64,000 bases of DNA from Azolla caroliniana (taxonomy: Eukaryota > Plantae > Polypodiophyta), in the NCBI GenBank assembly GCA_043228905.1, contig JBHGNT010000016.1, forward strand, positions 18,166,001 through 18,230,000, written 5' to 3'. The notes under the pieces are model-generated. The model was not told the origin of the DNA and did no database searches. It saw only the letters and a list, made by a program, of their open reading frames with translations. Made by a program: the position numbers and the translations under genes. Below are positions 36,246-49,600 of this stretch, in pieces. Numbering within the stretch: the first letter of the stretch is position 1; every line of letters begins with the position of its first letter.

Positions 36246-39026
36246 ATGAGTGAAGATTCACCGTTCTCGATTGAAGAATATTGTTTATCATCAGACCCAT
36301 CGTTTTCTATTGAAGAGTATTGTTTGTCATCAGAGTCACCATATTCGATTGAAGAATATTGTCTGTCGACCGACTCACCATATTCTATCGAAGAATATTG
36401 TCTGAGCTCATCTACAGGGAATGTAAATAATGACACATGTGAAGAGTTCTCTATTGAAGAATACGATATTAATAAAGATACCGAGAATGAAGGAAGTGCC
36501 CAGGAAACATTGAATAACATTGGCGATGGTCACAGCAAAGAATTAGACTGTAACAAGGTTACACCAACCTCTATGCAGGAAGAGAAATCTGGGACCCCTA
36601 TGCATATTAGAAGAATCCCACGAAGAATTCGTCTAGCTAGATTTAGCTTGGTGACATCAGATAAACAGATTGGATTTGATGTCAACAAAATATGTTGTGC
36701 CCGTGGTTGTATGTCTATGATTGGAAAATCAAAGTTGCGAGAATTAAGGCGATACTATTTTTCGATGACCGGTGATGAGCAAGACACTTACCTCGGGTCA
36801 CATATGCAACTAGTATCTGACAAATGTACGGGGATCAAAGTATCATTCGAGTATTATATCTTCCATGCGCAACAGATATGTAGAGTTGCATTCAAAATTG
36901 CGTTATGTGTTAGTAACATGCGGCTACATAGAGTACAACAACGTCTACTTAGCGGGGATCAGATGCTCAATTGTAAAGAGGTTCCAAGTATGAAAGGTGC
37001 AATTGGAAGACTAGCTATTGGCTGGATGAAAACTTACTTTCAGTTAAATTGTGAAGTAATGCCCACTACAGGTAGGATGCATCTTTCTGATAATTATACA
37101 CGTCGGGAAGTTTATGATGTCTATCGATCTGATATGCTGGGCTCACGTAATAAGTCGATCACATATAGCCAATTCACAAGATTATGGAGAGCTCGGTTTT
37201 CAAATGTTATTATTCCTCGTAAAGTACGTATGGGGTATTGCTCCATTTGTGCAAATCTTAAAAGTTTGGCTAAAGGTGCAAAGACATCAATGGAAAAGGA
37301 TACGAGTAAGAAGTTACTACAAGAGCATCGTGAGGCACAATCCTTAGAACGAAGGAAGGCGATGCATCATAGAGAGAAGTGTTTGAAGAGGCCCGCACAA
37401 TACATGTGCTTAATGATAGATGGCATGGACCAGAAGAAGACATGCTTGCCGCATATGCGGAGGCTCCCCAAAGATGTCAATGATGAGTGCCTTGTTCAAA
37501 TGCACTTGGTGGGATGCTTGGCTTATAATAGGTCTGTTCGACCTCACGTCTTCATTACTTACCCCAATGTTCACAATGACCCTAACCTAATAGTTACAGT
37601 GATTCACTGAGTTTTGATGTCTTGGGGACAACCTTTCCCCCCTGTTCTATACATTCAATTGGACAATACTGCTAGAGAGAACAAAAATTCAACTGTATTT
37701 GGCTATCTAAGTATGTTGGTCAACCTAGAATTGTTTAGGAAAGTGAAAGTCAATTTCCTTTTGGTTGGCCACACACATGACCATATAGATCAGATGTTTA
37801 GCACATTCTCCAGACAGTTGTCTCGGCATGATGTTTTCACTTTACCTAAACTATTTGATGTCATTTGTGATGCTTATACACCACGCCCAAAAGTGTTACA
37901 CTTGAAGGAGGTATATGACTTTAAGAGATATATATTAGATGGGGGTGGTGGGAATGTTAAAGTGCTTGCTCAGTTAAACAATATAAGTTTCAATCACATT
38001 TTTTTGATAAAGAAAAATGGAATAAGTGGTTCTACACTTTTGTATGCCAAACAATATTCATCTTCTACAACATGGGAACCTGAAGGTGGTTGCCAGTTAT
38101 TACTTTGTATGCCGAGTACAATTGTCCATGGAGCTAAGCAAATGCCAATTGAGAAGAAAGGACAGTTGCAGAGCGACTTGGTATCAGAACAAAAACGGTC
38201 ATGGCTCCAAGCCTTAGAAGAAAAAAGAAAGCATATTGAGGCCGCCAAGAAATATGCCGCACAACAAGACACGTCATGGTGGGATGTATTTTATAGTGAT
38301 CAGAAAGAAATTATAGACAATTGTGTATCTGTTGATAATTGGAATTTGGAAACGCCATTCACATGGTCGCTACAACATGATCGCGTAAATAGAAGTCCGG
38401 AGCAACTAGTAAATGCGATTAATGACAGCTTGGTCCATCCACAACAAAGAGACATTTATGTGGGACCAAGGATGACCAAAGCAGCCGAAGCTAGATGGCA
38501 AGGAAATTTGCAAGAGCTCACCGCGGGGATGTTGATTGCAACGCCGGCTGATGAGAACTCACATGGCCACCAATTTTGGGTTGGTAAAATTCTAGAAGTG
38601 CTAATGCATGAAATAGATAACACGATCAAGTCTATAAATGTTCATTGGTACAACACTAGAAGTGCAAATGCTTTTACAGGTAAGTATACATTGGAGATGA
38701 TTGAATGCCAAACAAGAAGGGGAGGTAGGAAGAGGAAGCGAAACATTCGTAACACCTCGACCCTTGATATCTCTGATGTGGATATCATCGTGTACGACTT
38801 CACACTTACAAAAGCCGGACGATTAAGGAAGTCAACAATAGATATAATAAAAGAAAAATTACCAGGTCTACAAGGTGGCTCGAGTCAAAGGCAAACGAGA
38901 TCTGCTACATATAATCTAGAGTCAAACCATTTGGTTTATGACGAAGATAATGCACTGATTGGTACATCCGAGGATGATGAGGAGGAATCGTCATTGTATA
39001 TTAGTTATAGTAGTGATTCTCCGTAA
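36246..39026 (+). pseudogene. DD(D/E) transposase (Sola-like/DUF7869-type), ~926 aa, one TGA at 37608-37610
   Basis: Cys/His motifs (CCARGC, CSIC..H), MIDGMDQ, YIQLDNTARENKN, FLLVGHTHDHIDQMFS. The two ORFs are in the same frame, separated only by a stop (probably CGA>TGA). Confidence 0.85.
36258..36410 (+). repeat. Four 39-bp coding repeats (SP[FY]SIEEYCLSS) at transposase N-terminus
   Basis: SIEEYCLS repeated four times in the translation, plus a degenerate fifth copy. Confidence 0.85.
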
Positions 39027-42000
39027 AGGAGTGATCATGAATGTATATTTGGCTATTAAGTGTAACTACATTCCGCTTGTAACAAATCGAGTAATATAAA
39101 ATCATGTGTTTTGAATTCTTATGATTTCTAAAAAATCGTTTCTTATAAAATAACATTGGTTGGAAAGTTTGTGATATAAATTGAGAATGCATCTTTTTGA
39201 AATTCGTCTTTTTTTAGTTACTTCTAAATCACGAAAATAGTGGATTTTTAACCTTTTTCATAGTATGTTTGAACATGTATGATACTGGTATCAATGTGTT
39301 TTGTAAAATCATTGAAAAACCCCTAAAATTTCCCTTATCCTTCCATTTATGCGCGATCCTTCCACTTGTGAACGCAAACGTGTTTCGAGACGTCAGGTAC
39401 ATCACATTAAGTATGATAATAGAAATGAGTCTAGCATTATTGATAATAGAAATGAGTCTAGCATTGTTGAAACTGTGCCAAATAGTGTTTCTAGTAATCA
39501 AACTCTATCCAATAAGTTTGAGGTCCTAAGCCAATTAGAAGAGGAGTCAAACGAATAAGTCCGGCCAAAATCAGAGATGTTTGGTTGGACAGTCCTAGAT
39601 CTGTACAGCCTAGTGTGGGTTCCATCTCTTCCAAGCATGTTAGTAGAGTTTTCTCAAGCCAAGTACAAGTTAGGACACCAAGTTGTCAACTTCATGTCCT
39701 AGCTCTCGTAGATAACGGATCCAATTCTTGTTTCATGGATAGACATTTTGCTCGAAAACATCAAATAGCCTTGCTTAAACTTCCTTGCCCAGTTTCCGTA
39801 GTAGTGATTGATGGATGTCCCATAGCTTTTGGAAAGATATTCGAGGATTCTGAGACGATACACATACTCTTAGGTGATTTAGGATGTGTGGTCTCCTTTA
39901 ACATAATCCGTAGCCCTGAGCATCCAATAGTCCTTGGTTTGCCGTGGTTCGAGCTACACAACCCAAGAATTGATTGGAGACGACGAGAAATTAGGTGCCC
40001 TTCAAAAGGAAACATAGTAGTCAAGGGTCAAACCTAGGATCCTCCCCTTGAAAAACAGTGTTACCAATTCACCCTCTACCAAACATGTTGTTCCTCTTCA
40101 TCAAATTTCAACCATCACCCTAGAACATTTATGCCAAGAAGGAGCAAAAGAAGATTTATTCTTATTTGCCATATCAGCTGCACCTTCTAGTGACACTCAA
40201 GGGAGGTCAAAGGTCTACATTCCTAAAAAGTACCAAGAATATGCTGATGTCTTCGACAAAGACAAATCTAGTGTACTTCCAAAGCATCGGCCATACGATT
40301 GTCCCATTGATCTACAGTCAGGAAAAGAGCCACCATGGGGTCCGATCTACAATCTGTCACCAACGGAACTTGAGGTTCTTTGAGCATACATTGACGAGAA
40401 TCTTGCAAGTGGATTTATTCGACATTCAAAGTCTCCAGCTGGTGCTCCTATCTTTTTCGTGAAGAAAAAGGACGGCTCACTTCGTTTGGTCGTGGATTAT
40501 CGGGGATTAAATAAAGTGACAATAAGAAATAGGCATGCTCTACCTTTAATTTCCAGTCTTTTAGAGCGCATTGGTGGGGCAAAGCATTTTACCAAGATTG
40601 ATCTAAGGGGTGCATATAATCTTGTCCGTATTCAACCGGGAGACGAGTGTAAGACAACATTTCGCACTCGATATGGCCATTTCGAGTATACAGTTATGCC
40701 TTTTGGGCTCACAAATGCTCTTGCAGTGTTTCAACATATGGCAAATGACATTTTTCGAGATTTTCTAGATATCTTTCTTATCATCTATTTAGACGATCTA
40801 TTGATTTACTCTAGAACACAAGCGGAGCATGATATACATGTCCGGAATGTAATCCAATGCTTAAGAGAGTATGGTCTTTATGCCAAACTAGAGAAATACA
40901 GTTTTGATTGCAAAGAAGTTGAGTTCTTGGGTTATACCATTTCATCCAAAGGTATCTTCATGGATCCAACGAAAGTTCGAACAGTATTGGAATGGCATAC
41001 TCCAAGTTCCGTTCGCGATGTCCAATGTTTCCTTGGATTTGCCAACTTCTATCGCAAATTCATATGGAATTATTCGAAGATTGTATTGCCACTTACTCAA
41101 CTCACCAAGAAAAATCAAGCATTTGTTTGGACTCCTGAAGCAGACAAACCCTTTACTCAGTTGAAAGAGGCATTCACATCAGCCCCTGTCTTAGCTCATG
41201 TTGATCCAGAAAAGCCATTTATCATTGAGGTAGATGCATCCGACTTTGCATTGGGGAGCATCCTACCACAACCAGGTGAAGATGGGCACTTACATCCAGT
41301 CGCGTTTCACTCAAGAAAGTTTAATGTTGCGGAGATCAACTACGAGGTGCATGACAAAGAGTTACTAGCTGCGGTCGACTCTTTTGCGCAATGGTGACAT
41401 TTCCTGGAAGGTTCGCCTCATCAAATCATCATTTATAGTGACCACAAAAATCTTACATATTTTCAGACGGCTCAAGTGCTAAATAGGAGACAAGCTTGGT
41501 GGGCGTAATTTTTAACTCGTTTTGATTTCAAGATCATTTTCCGCCCCGGGAACCAACAAGGCCAAGCAGATGCTCTATCTCGACGCTCATATTTGGCACT
41601 TCGCCATGGAGATCCAGATTTCGACAATCAAAAGCAAGTTCTCCTTGGTCCAACAAAGCTACAAGCAACCACGGTTTGTGCCATGCCATTGGATTCAAGT
41701 CTTCACTCTGATGCTTTTGCTAAGGATGTCCTCACCCACCTTGGTCCAAATCATGCATTTTGCTCCACATTGCCAGGGAAGTCTCGACGCTATAAGGAGT
41801 TCAAGTGGCAAGATAACTTACTTTTCTACAAGAATCTACTTTATGTCGTTGATGGATCACCACGCCTTTGAGTGTTGGAGCACTGTCATGATGCCCGTAT
41901 GGCCGGACACTTTGGTATTGCCAATAGCATGGAGCTAGTGAAGTGATCATTTTGGTGGCCTCATTTACAACAATTCGTTGAAGATTATGTTCGCACATGT

Positions 42001-45000
42001 GACACATGTTGTCGAGCTAAAATGCCTAGGCATCATCCTTATGGGTTGTTACAACCATTGCCGAATCCGAGCAAGCCATGGCAGTCAATTACTATGGATT
42101 TCATTACAGATCTGCCACCTTCACAAGGTTTTGACGCTATTTTAACCGTAGTGGATCGGTTTACCAAGATGGCACATTTTCTACCTTGCGTAAAAAGCAT
42201 CAGTAGTCAAGAAATAGTAAATATCATTACGCGTGAAGTATTTCGCCATCATGGTCTTCCAAACGACATAATTAGTGATCGTGGACCGCAATTTATCTCT
42301 CACATTTGGAAGCACCCATGTGACGGGCTCCAAATCTCTTGCAAACTCTCTTCAGCATATCCTCCCAAAACTGATGGCCAAATAGAGTGCACAAATCAAA
42401 CACTTGAGCAGTATCTTCGATGTTTCATCAGTTATCAACAAGATGATTGGAGTCATATATTGCATCTTGCAGAGTTTGCATACAATAACACTATCCACTC
42501 TTCTACCAAGGTCACACCTTTCTATGCCTATACTGGCAACCATCCTCGATGGTGTCTCTTGGACATTCCAGTGATCTCACCAAACCCTAGTGCAGAGCAA
42601 CACCTCCATCGACTACAACATCTTCAGTTTTAAGAGGAGGGATAGTGTCATGAATTCGTGAACATTATGTGGCTTCACTTGGGCTCGAACCCAAGACCTT
42701 GTAATACATAATCAAAAACCTAACCATTAAGATAACATACTTCTTATAATACATTGTTATTGTAAATGTTCTAGAACATCCTAGAACATTCTAGAATATC
42801 CTAGAACGTCTTAGAATATTCTAGGTCTAGAACATTCTAGAACATTATAGAAATCACTAGATTATTCTATAGGAACCTATAAATATGGACATACAATTCT
42901 TCTCAAAACCAATTCAAATCAACACCAGTCTTAAGCTCTCATTGCTTATCTTGTATCCATTCTTATTCTACTTTAATACATTCATTCTTCTCTTATCATT
43001 TCATTCCTCTTCTTGTGATCTCTTTATATCTTTCGTCTATCACTTTACCTTCTCTCTTGCTTCTGACAACGGCTTTCTTCATGCTGGTAGTTCGACCAGC
43101 TCCCATGTTTGATTTTGATGAATCGAGTCCATTTCGGATTTCATGGGCTGCAACCATGTTTCGGCGTCTGGTGCAACCATAGCTTCATCATACGTGCTTG
43201 GTTCGCTTGCATCCGTGTAGTTGACATAGTCGAGGCCCGGTTGATAAAACTCTGTTGGCCTTTCAGCTCATCCAGATCTCCTGGGTGCCGCAATATCTGG
43301 TTCGGACCCTTCGATCGGTTCTGATTGACGATTGGTATTTGTTGAACCAGTTGTGTCAGGAGTCTTGTGAGGTCTCTCGCCATCGGTTTGAGATTTTGGC
43401 GGTGTCTAGTTGTTCTCCCCTATGGTTGTTGTCGACTCTATTCTGACTTGCCTCTTAGTGACTCTGCCTTTGTCGACTTTTGTTGATTCAGCTATGTCTT
43501 TGAAGACTTTGTCTTTGAGTTTGACGATAAGACTTGTTGCTGATTCAGTGTTGGCAAGGAAGTTGGCAGCCTGTTGGAGTTCCACTGTTTGTCGAGTCTC
43601 CGATTCAGTCCATTGGGCTGGTCCTTCTATGACAATGCTATCATCTTTGAAGGATACATTCTTACCAACTGATTTCTGTTAGTTCCGCTGAGAGAAGATA
43701 GATTCTTCATTGAAGACTATGTCGCCTCTCCATATCAATTTCCGGTTCTCAGGGTCCCATAGCCGGTAGCCGAAGTCCCCATCGGTTCCATAATTGAGAA
43801 ATATGCACTTTGTTGCATGGGGTGCCAACTTCGTCCTTTTGTCCCTAGGGATGAACAAGTAGGCTTCGCATTCGAATATACGGAGCCTATTGTAGGTAAG
43901 TTGTTTGCCTGACCATAGTGCCTATGGCACTTCGAGCCTGATTGCTCTTGACGGCGCTAGATTTATCAGGTACACTGCTGTCTACAATGCTTCGGCCTAG
44001 AATTCTAGCTTCAGTCCGGCTTGCTGGAGCATTGCTGTCACGCTCTCCTGGATCATTTGGTTGATCCATTCAGCCATCCCATTCTACATGAGTGTGTAAG
44101 GAATGGTCTTTTGATGCCGGATCCCTTTTTCGGGCAGGTTTTGTTTGAGGTGTACTCACCTCCGTTGTCGGATCGGAGTGTCTTCACTCTGTGTCCTGAC
44201 TGGTTCTCCGCTTCAGATATCCATCGAGTGAAGACCTAGAGCGCTTCATCTTTGGACTTGATGGAGTATGACCAAACTTTCCATGTACAGTCATCTACGA
44301 ATGTGATGAAGTATCGGGAGCCTCCTAGTGATCGCTCTAGCATGGGCCCACATATGTCTTTGTGCACGAGCTCTAGGGGTTGTCATACCGTCTCGTAGTG
44401 GAGAGAGTGCGAACTTCGGGTGTGTTTCCCATATTGACAGTGCTCACAGAAGTCCGTCTTTTGCCTGGAGTTTCAGGATGTAGCCGATCGACATCAACTA
44501 GTCAAGTTTGGCTTGAGACATGTGACCAAGTCGTCCATGCCATAAGTTCGGGTTGGTTTTCTCGACTACGTTCACGACCCGTTCAAGGTTGATCGCCATC
44601 AATGGGTATAGATTATTATACTTATTCCCACTACCGATTTTGAGGTTTCCTCAGCTGATCACCCATGTCGACTTGTGTAGAGTCGTTCGATACTTGTCTT
44701 CAGCTAACATGCTCATGGAGACCAGACTCCTCTCTAGATTGGGTACGTGCCGAACTTGGTGCAAGGTTATTGTGTTGCCATTTGGCAATCTGATGGGAAC
44801 CTCCCCAGTTCCGGATATCTTGCACTCCTGCCCATTTCCCAGTCGGATTGTGCTGCTGGCGTCGACTAAATAGTTCGAGAACCATTCAACGTTGGGGGTC
44901 AAGTGAAATGTGGCACCAGAGTCTAGTGTGCAACTTGTGCACTATAGAGGACTTCTCTTATCATCGAATCCTCTAGGGGGAGGATTTCTCTAGATCGGAT

Positions 45001-46638
45001 GTCGGCAACATTGATCTAGTTGCTGACTGAAGAGTGGTTTGAACTAGAACATCCCCGATTCCGCTCAGATCGCCGACCACTCTCTTTTCTTTTTATTGAC
45101 CAGCAATCGGAAACATTGTGGCCAGCTTTCCTATAGTGTGTGCAGTACTCACTTGTGGTCCGTTCTCGACTTTGACCGTTGTCAGTCACCCATTGTTTTC
45201 GATCAGCTGTAGCAACGACAGGTTTTGTCGGCTTGTTCTTTCGTTCGACTCGGTCGGTCGAACGATTCGGTCGAGTGATGGGCATCTGCTGACTCATCGA
45301 TGGTTAGTCCCATAGATTTTCTCCTGATGTCCTCTATGAGGACTTGGCCAGTTGTTTCGTCCAGAGTTAGGATTGGTTGGCTATTGCCGTAAGTTGTACA
45401 GAATACCTCCCAACTCACTGGAAAGCTCGTTAGGAGGGCATGGGCTTTCACTTCTTCTTTGAAGTTGATCCCTTGTGACGAGAGCTCTGACAACACCCAG
45501 TTGAACGTGTTGATGTGAGAGGTTGCCAAATCTGTCTCTTTCATCTTCATGTTGAACAATTGTTTGATCAAGATCAGTTTCGAAGATGAGGACTTCTTCT
45601 CATTGACGGCTGGTAGCTTCTCCCACAATGAGAAGGTTGTCATCTCTGTCGCCATGCTGAAATAGACATTTTCGGCCAGATGCATTTGGATGGTGGAGCG
45701 TGCAATTTCGTCCATTGATCTCCACTCCTCGGCTGTCATCGAAGCAGGTTTTTCACTATGCCGAATGACTTCGACCTGTCTTCGAATGATTAACACATCC
45801 TGCATCATCTCCTTCCATAAGGCAAAGTTTTTCCCATCGAATTTTTTTATTTCAACTCCTGTTTCGGATGTTGAAGCCATATTCTGTTTGTGAACTTGAG
45901 ATTTCTGAATTGGTCTTTTCTTTCAGCTTCTTTTGTTGTCGGTTGCCGCCGAACAGCAAAGTTTCGGCTCTGATACCAATTGTGGTTACGAGTGCTAGGT
46001 GCTGAAACGTGTATGGATCTGTAGTCGGTATTGGACAACAAACAACACGTACAGAAAATAGAATAGGCGTGGAGACTTACACAGATGGACCTTTAATGGA
46101 AAGCTTCTTATTACTTCGTTCTTTCTCAGAGATACAATAGTCTGTTGGTCATCACTCATTTACAATGTTAGGTATTCGCTTATGTACTAAACCCTAACTT
46201 ATTAACGAGTTCACACTAGGACGGATACAATTTGGAAGGAGTCGGGCCTTTTATGCCAATACTTTTGGAGGTGGCCTGACTTCCCACAATAGAAGCATGT
46301 GGGCCTCCCCCTTGACTTTGACCTTGTCCTCGACTTATCTCGATTTTTGGGACTTCGATTTCGGCCTCGGCCTCGATTCATGTCACCTTCTATGACTAGG
46401 GCCTTCTGGTCGGTATTGGACTCTTGGTCCTTCTGGCGAGCTTCTTCGTTCAATAAGCTCGACTTTACCTACTCTAGGGATAGATGTTTCCATTCCAGCC
46501 TGACGTTGCCCAATATGTCAATGACGGTCTCCCAACTATATGGAAGGGATCCGAGCTAATACCTCATTAGCGAGAGGTATGTCTAGAGAGGTGATTTGAT
46601 TCATTAGTCTTTGGAAGGAATTAATATGCTCCGCCATG

Positions 46639-49600
46639 TGAAAAGAATATGGTTTCCTAAGCTATGCTCGGCCACAACCAAGATGTCGGATCAAGCACAG
46701 AAAACAGGGATGTGGTGAGATGTATGTACACACGAAATAGTAAATAAGAGAGTGCACTGGATGTTAACGTGGAAAAACCCAAATCTGGGAAAAAACCACG
46801 ACAGCCCTCAGACTGCAAAATATCACTATATCAAGATTACAACAATGGGGCACAGAGGCAACGACCTCTTGATCCCTCACTTCGCCACCAAGCGGTTACA
46901 ATAGAGGCCACAACCTCTTCCTCTCTCTCTCTCTCTTCTTTGTACACAGTTACGCTCTAAATTATCACCACCACGATAATAACACAACCAACTCTACATC
47001 ATAATTATTAAGTTTCTCGTAGGTCATATTTATACTAGTATGACTTTAATATAGCCCCAGTGGGCTCTTTGGAACATATTTACATATATGTCCCTTCATC
47101 CGGTGAGAGGTTCTCACCGGGCCTGCAACATTCGGTTCTCACCGGGTCTTCCATTGCCGGGTACTCCACATCCGGTTCTCGCCGGGTCTTCCTTTGCTGG
47201 GTACTCCACATCCGGATTCGGCCTCGGCCGAGTTGTTCATCAACACTATTCTTCTCACTTCCCATCCGAAGGGACGTTGCGTTCTTAGCAAGGTGGATGG
47301 CACTTTGACTGTTGCAATAGAGCCGGTATTCATGTTGTCGGATACCGAACTCACCGATCAAGTCCTTCATCCATAATATTTTCTTGCCGGCTTCCACAGC
47401 CGCCATGTACTCCGCCTCCGTGGTTGACAACGCAAGCGTCTTCTGCAGCCTCGACTGCCACGAAACAGCTCCCCCTGCATATGTCATTACATACCCGGAT
47501 GTAGACCAGCTGGTTTCCACATCGGCCGACATGTCCGAATCATTAAAACCGTCAAGTTGAGGTTTACCGGAGCCGAATCGAAGACACATATTTGAAGTGC
47601 CCTTCAAGTACCGGAGTATCCATTTGATCGCGTTCAAGTGCTCCTTGTTGAGATTGCTCATAAACCGGCTCACCACTCCGATTGTGTATCCAATATCCGG
47701 CCGAGTACACACCATTGCGTACATCAAGCTCCCAACGGCAAAGGCATATGGAACCTTCACCATATCCGCCTTCTCTTCTTTCGCCTTCGGGGTTTGCTTA
47801 CCGGATAGTTTGCATTTTGCCGGAAGTGTCGATCCGACCGACTTTGCTTCTAACATGTTGAACCGCTGAAGCACCTTTGTCACGTATTTCTCCTGTGACA
47901 ACCACAATTGCTTCTTTGACCGTTCCCGGATGATGTGCATCCCCAGTATCTGTCTTGCTGGGCCCAAGTCTTTCATTGAGAAAGTTCAGTGGAGAGCCTT
48001 CTTCAACATCCGTATTTTGGCTTGGTCCTGTCCGACGATCAACATGTCGTCCACGTACAAAAGGAGTATCAGGAAGTCGCCTCCTTCGAACTTCTTTACA
48101 AACACGCAGTGATCGGTTTGCGTTTTGTGATACCCTTGGTCGGTCATGATGAAGTCAAACTTCCGGTACCATTGTCGGGGAGCCTGCTTCAATCCGTATA
48201 GGCTCTTCTTCAACCGGAAAACCAGGTGCTCCTTCCCTTTCTCCACGAATTCTTCCGGTTGCTGCATGTAGATCTCCTCTTCGAGGTCACCGTGAAGGAA
48301 TTCCGTCTTCACGTCCAGCTGCTCTACCTTGAGGTTCATGCTTGCCACTATGCTCAACATCGTTTGGATGGAAGTCATCTTTACTACCGGGGCAAATATC
48401 TCGTCGAAGCCCACACCCTTCTCCCTTCACCACGATCCTGGCCGTGTATCTCGGGGGTTTGCCGGCATCTCCGGCTTTCAACTTGTACACCCACTTATTT
48501 TGGAGTGCCCGCTTTTCTTTCGGCAACTCCACCAATTCGTACGTATGGTTCTCATGTAGAGAATCCATCTCATCCTACATGGCACTTAACCATTTGCGGC
48601 TGTGGGTGTCATCCTTCACTTCATCGAAGCTTTCTGGCTCTCCCTCATCGGTGAGTAGCACATGCTCTGCATCTAGAAATCTCCGGGGGACCCTTCTCTC
48701 TGAGAGGATATCTCTATCTTTGGCCTTCGGCAATCGGCTCCACTATTTGTTCTTCATCCAAATCCGATTCGGGGTCTTGGCTGGTTCCGATTTCAGCTTC
48801 CTCTACTTCTTCTTCTACTGGTTTGATATCCTCACCGTAACTGGCTGGTTCCTCGAGTGTCAACCGGCTCTTAGCCAGGTGTGTCCGAATCTCATCGGAA
48901 TTCATTATCTTCATCTCCAACTCCCAGTCGGCAAGAGTCTCGTCCTCCATGAAGATAATATCTCGGCTCCGGAAAGCCTTCTTGTCAACCGAATCCCACA
49001 CTCGGTAGCCGAACTCATCATCACTGTATCCGAGGAATATGCATGGTCGGGTCTTTGGATCCAACTTTCCTCTCCGGTCCTTAGCAACATGCACGTATGC
49101 GAGACACCCGAACACCTTCAGATGCCGGTAGGACACTTCCTTACCGGTCCACACCTTTTGCGGTGTGTCTCCATCCAAGGGCACTGAGGGTGATCTGTTT
49201 ATCACATACGTCGCTCTCGACAGCACCTCAGCCCAAAACGTCTTTGGTAATTTTGCATGCACCAGCATACTCCGGACCCTCTCCATTATGGTCCAGTTCA
49301 TCCTCTTGGCCAGTCCGTTTAGTTCCGGTGTCTTCGGCACGGTAAATTCGAGCCGGATTCCCTTCAAGCAGCAATACTCCTCGAACTGCCCCCGGTATTC
49401 ACCTCCGTTATCTGCTCGAACCGTCTTCAGCTTCCAGCCAGTTTCTCTTTCCACTCTCGCGTGGAGCTCTTTGAAGATGGATAGCACCTGATCCTTCGTC
49501 TTCAACGGTGTGGCCCACAGTTTCCGGTTGTGGTCATCTATGAACGTCACGAAGTACTGCGATCCGGCATGTGACTTCGTGTCCACTTGACACACATCAG

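Larger units (their letters stand above)
30008..39388. mobile_element. TIR DNA transposon (~9.4 kb) carrying a transposase and a ParB-like/DNA methyltransferase gene
   Basis: 40-bp inverted termini (30008-30047 vs 39349-39388, 3 mismatches). Removal restores gypsy gag HCPHR(SR)RQVHHI in frame. Confidence 0.93.
28494..43068 (+). mobile_element. Tcn1-like Ty3/gypsy element (LTRs 28494-~28941 and 42647-43068), decayed
   Basis: Gag (KFDG, CLYCGGPGHIAIHC), protease (ALVDNGS), RT (YLDD), RNase H and integrase. Flanks GCGAC/ACGGC both fit a mutated GCGGC TSD and restore host RKPLPCKW. Chromodomain region is deleted. Confidence 0.92.
26767..46261 (-). mobile_element. Copia element (LTRs 45981-46261 and 26767-27044; TSD CTTTT), decayed, hosting a gypsy
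   Basis: Matching ~280-bp LTRs; PBS tggtatcagagc at ~45967-45978 (minus); gag 45203-45880; RNase H 27216-27743. Confidence 0.92.
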
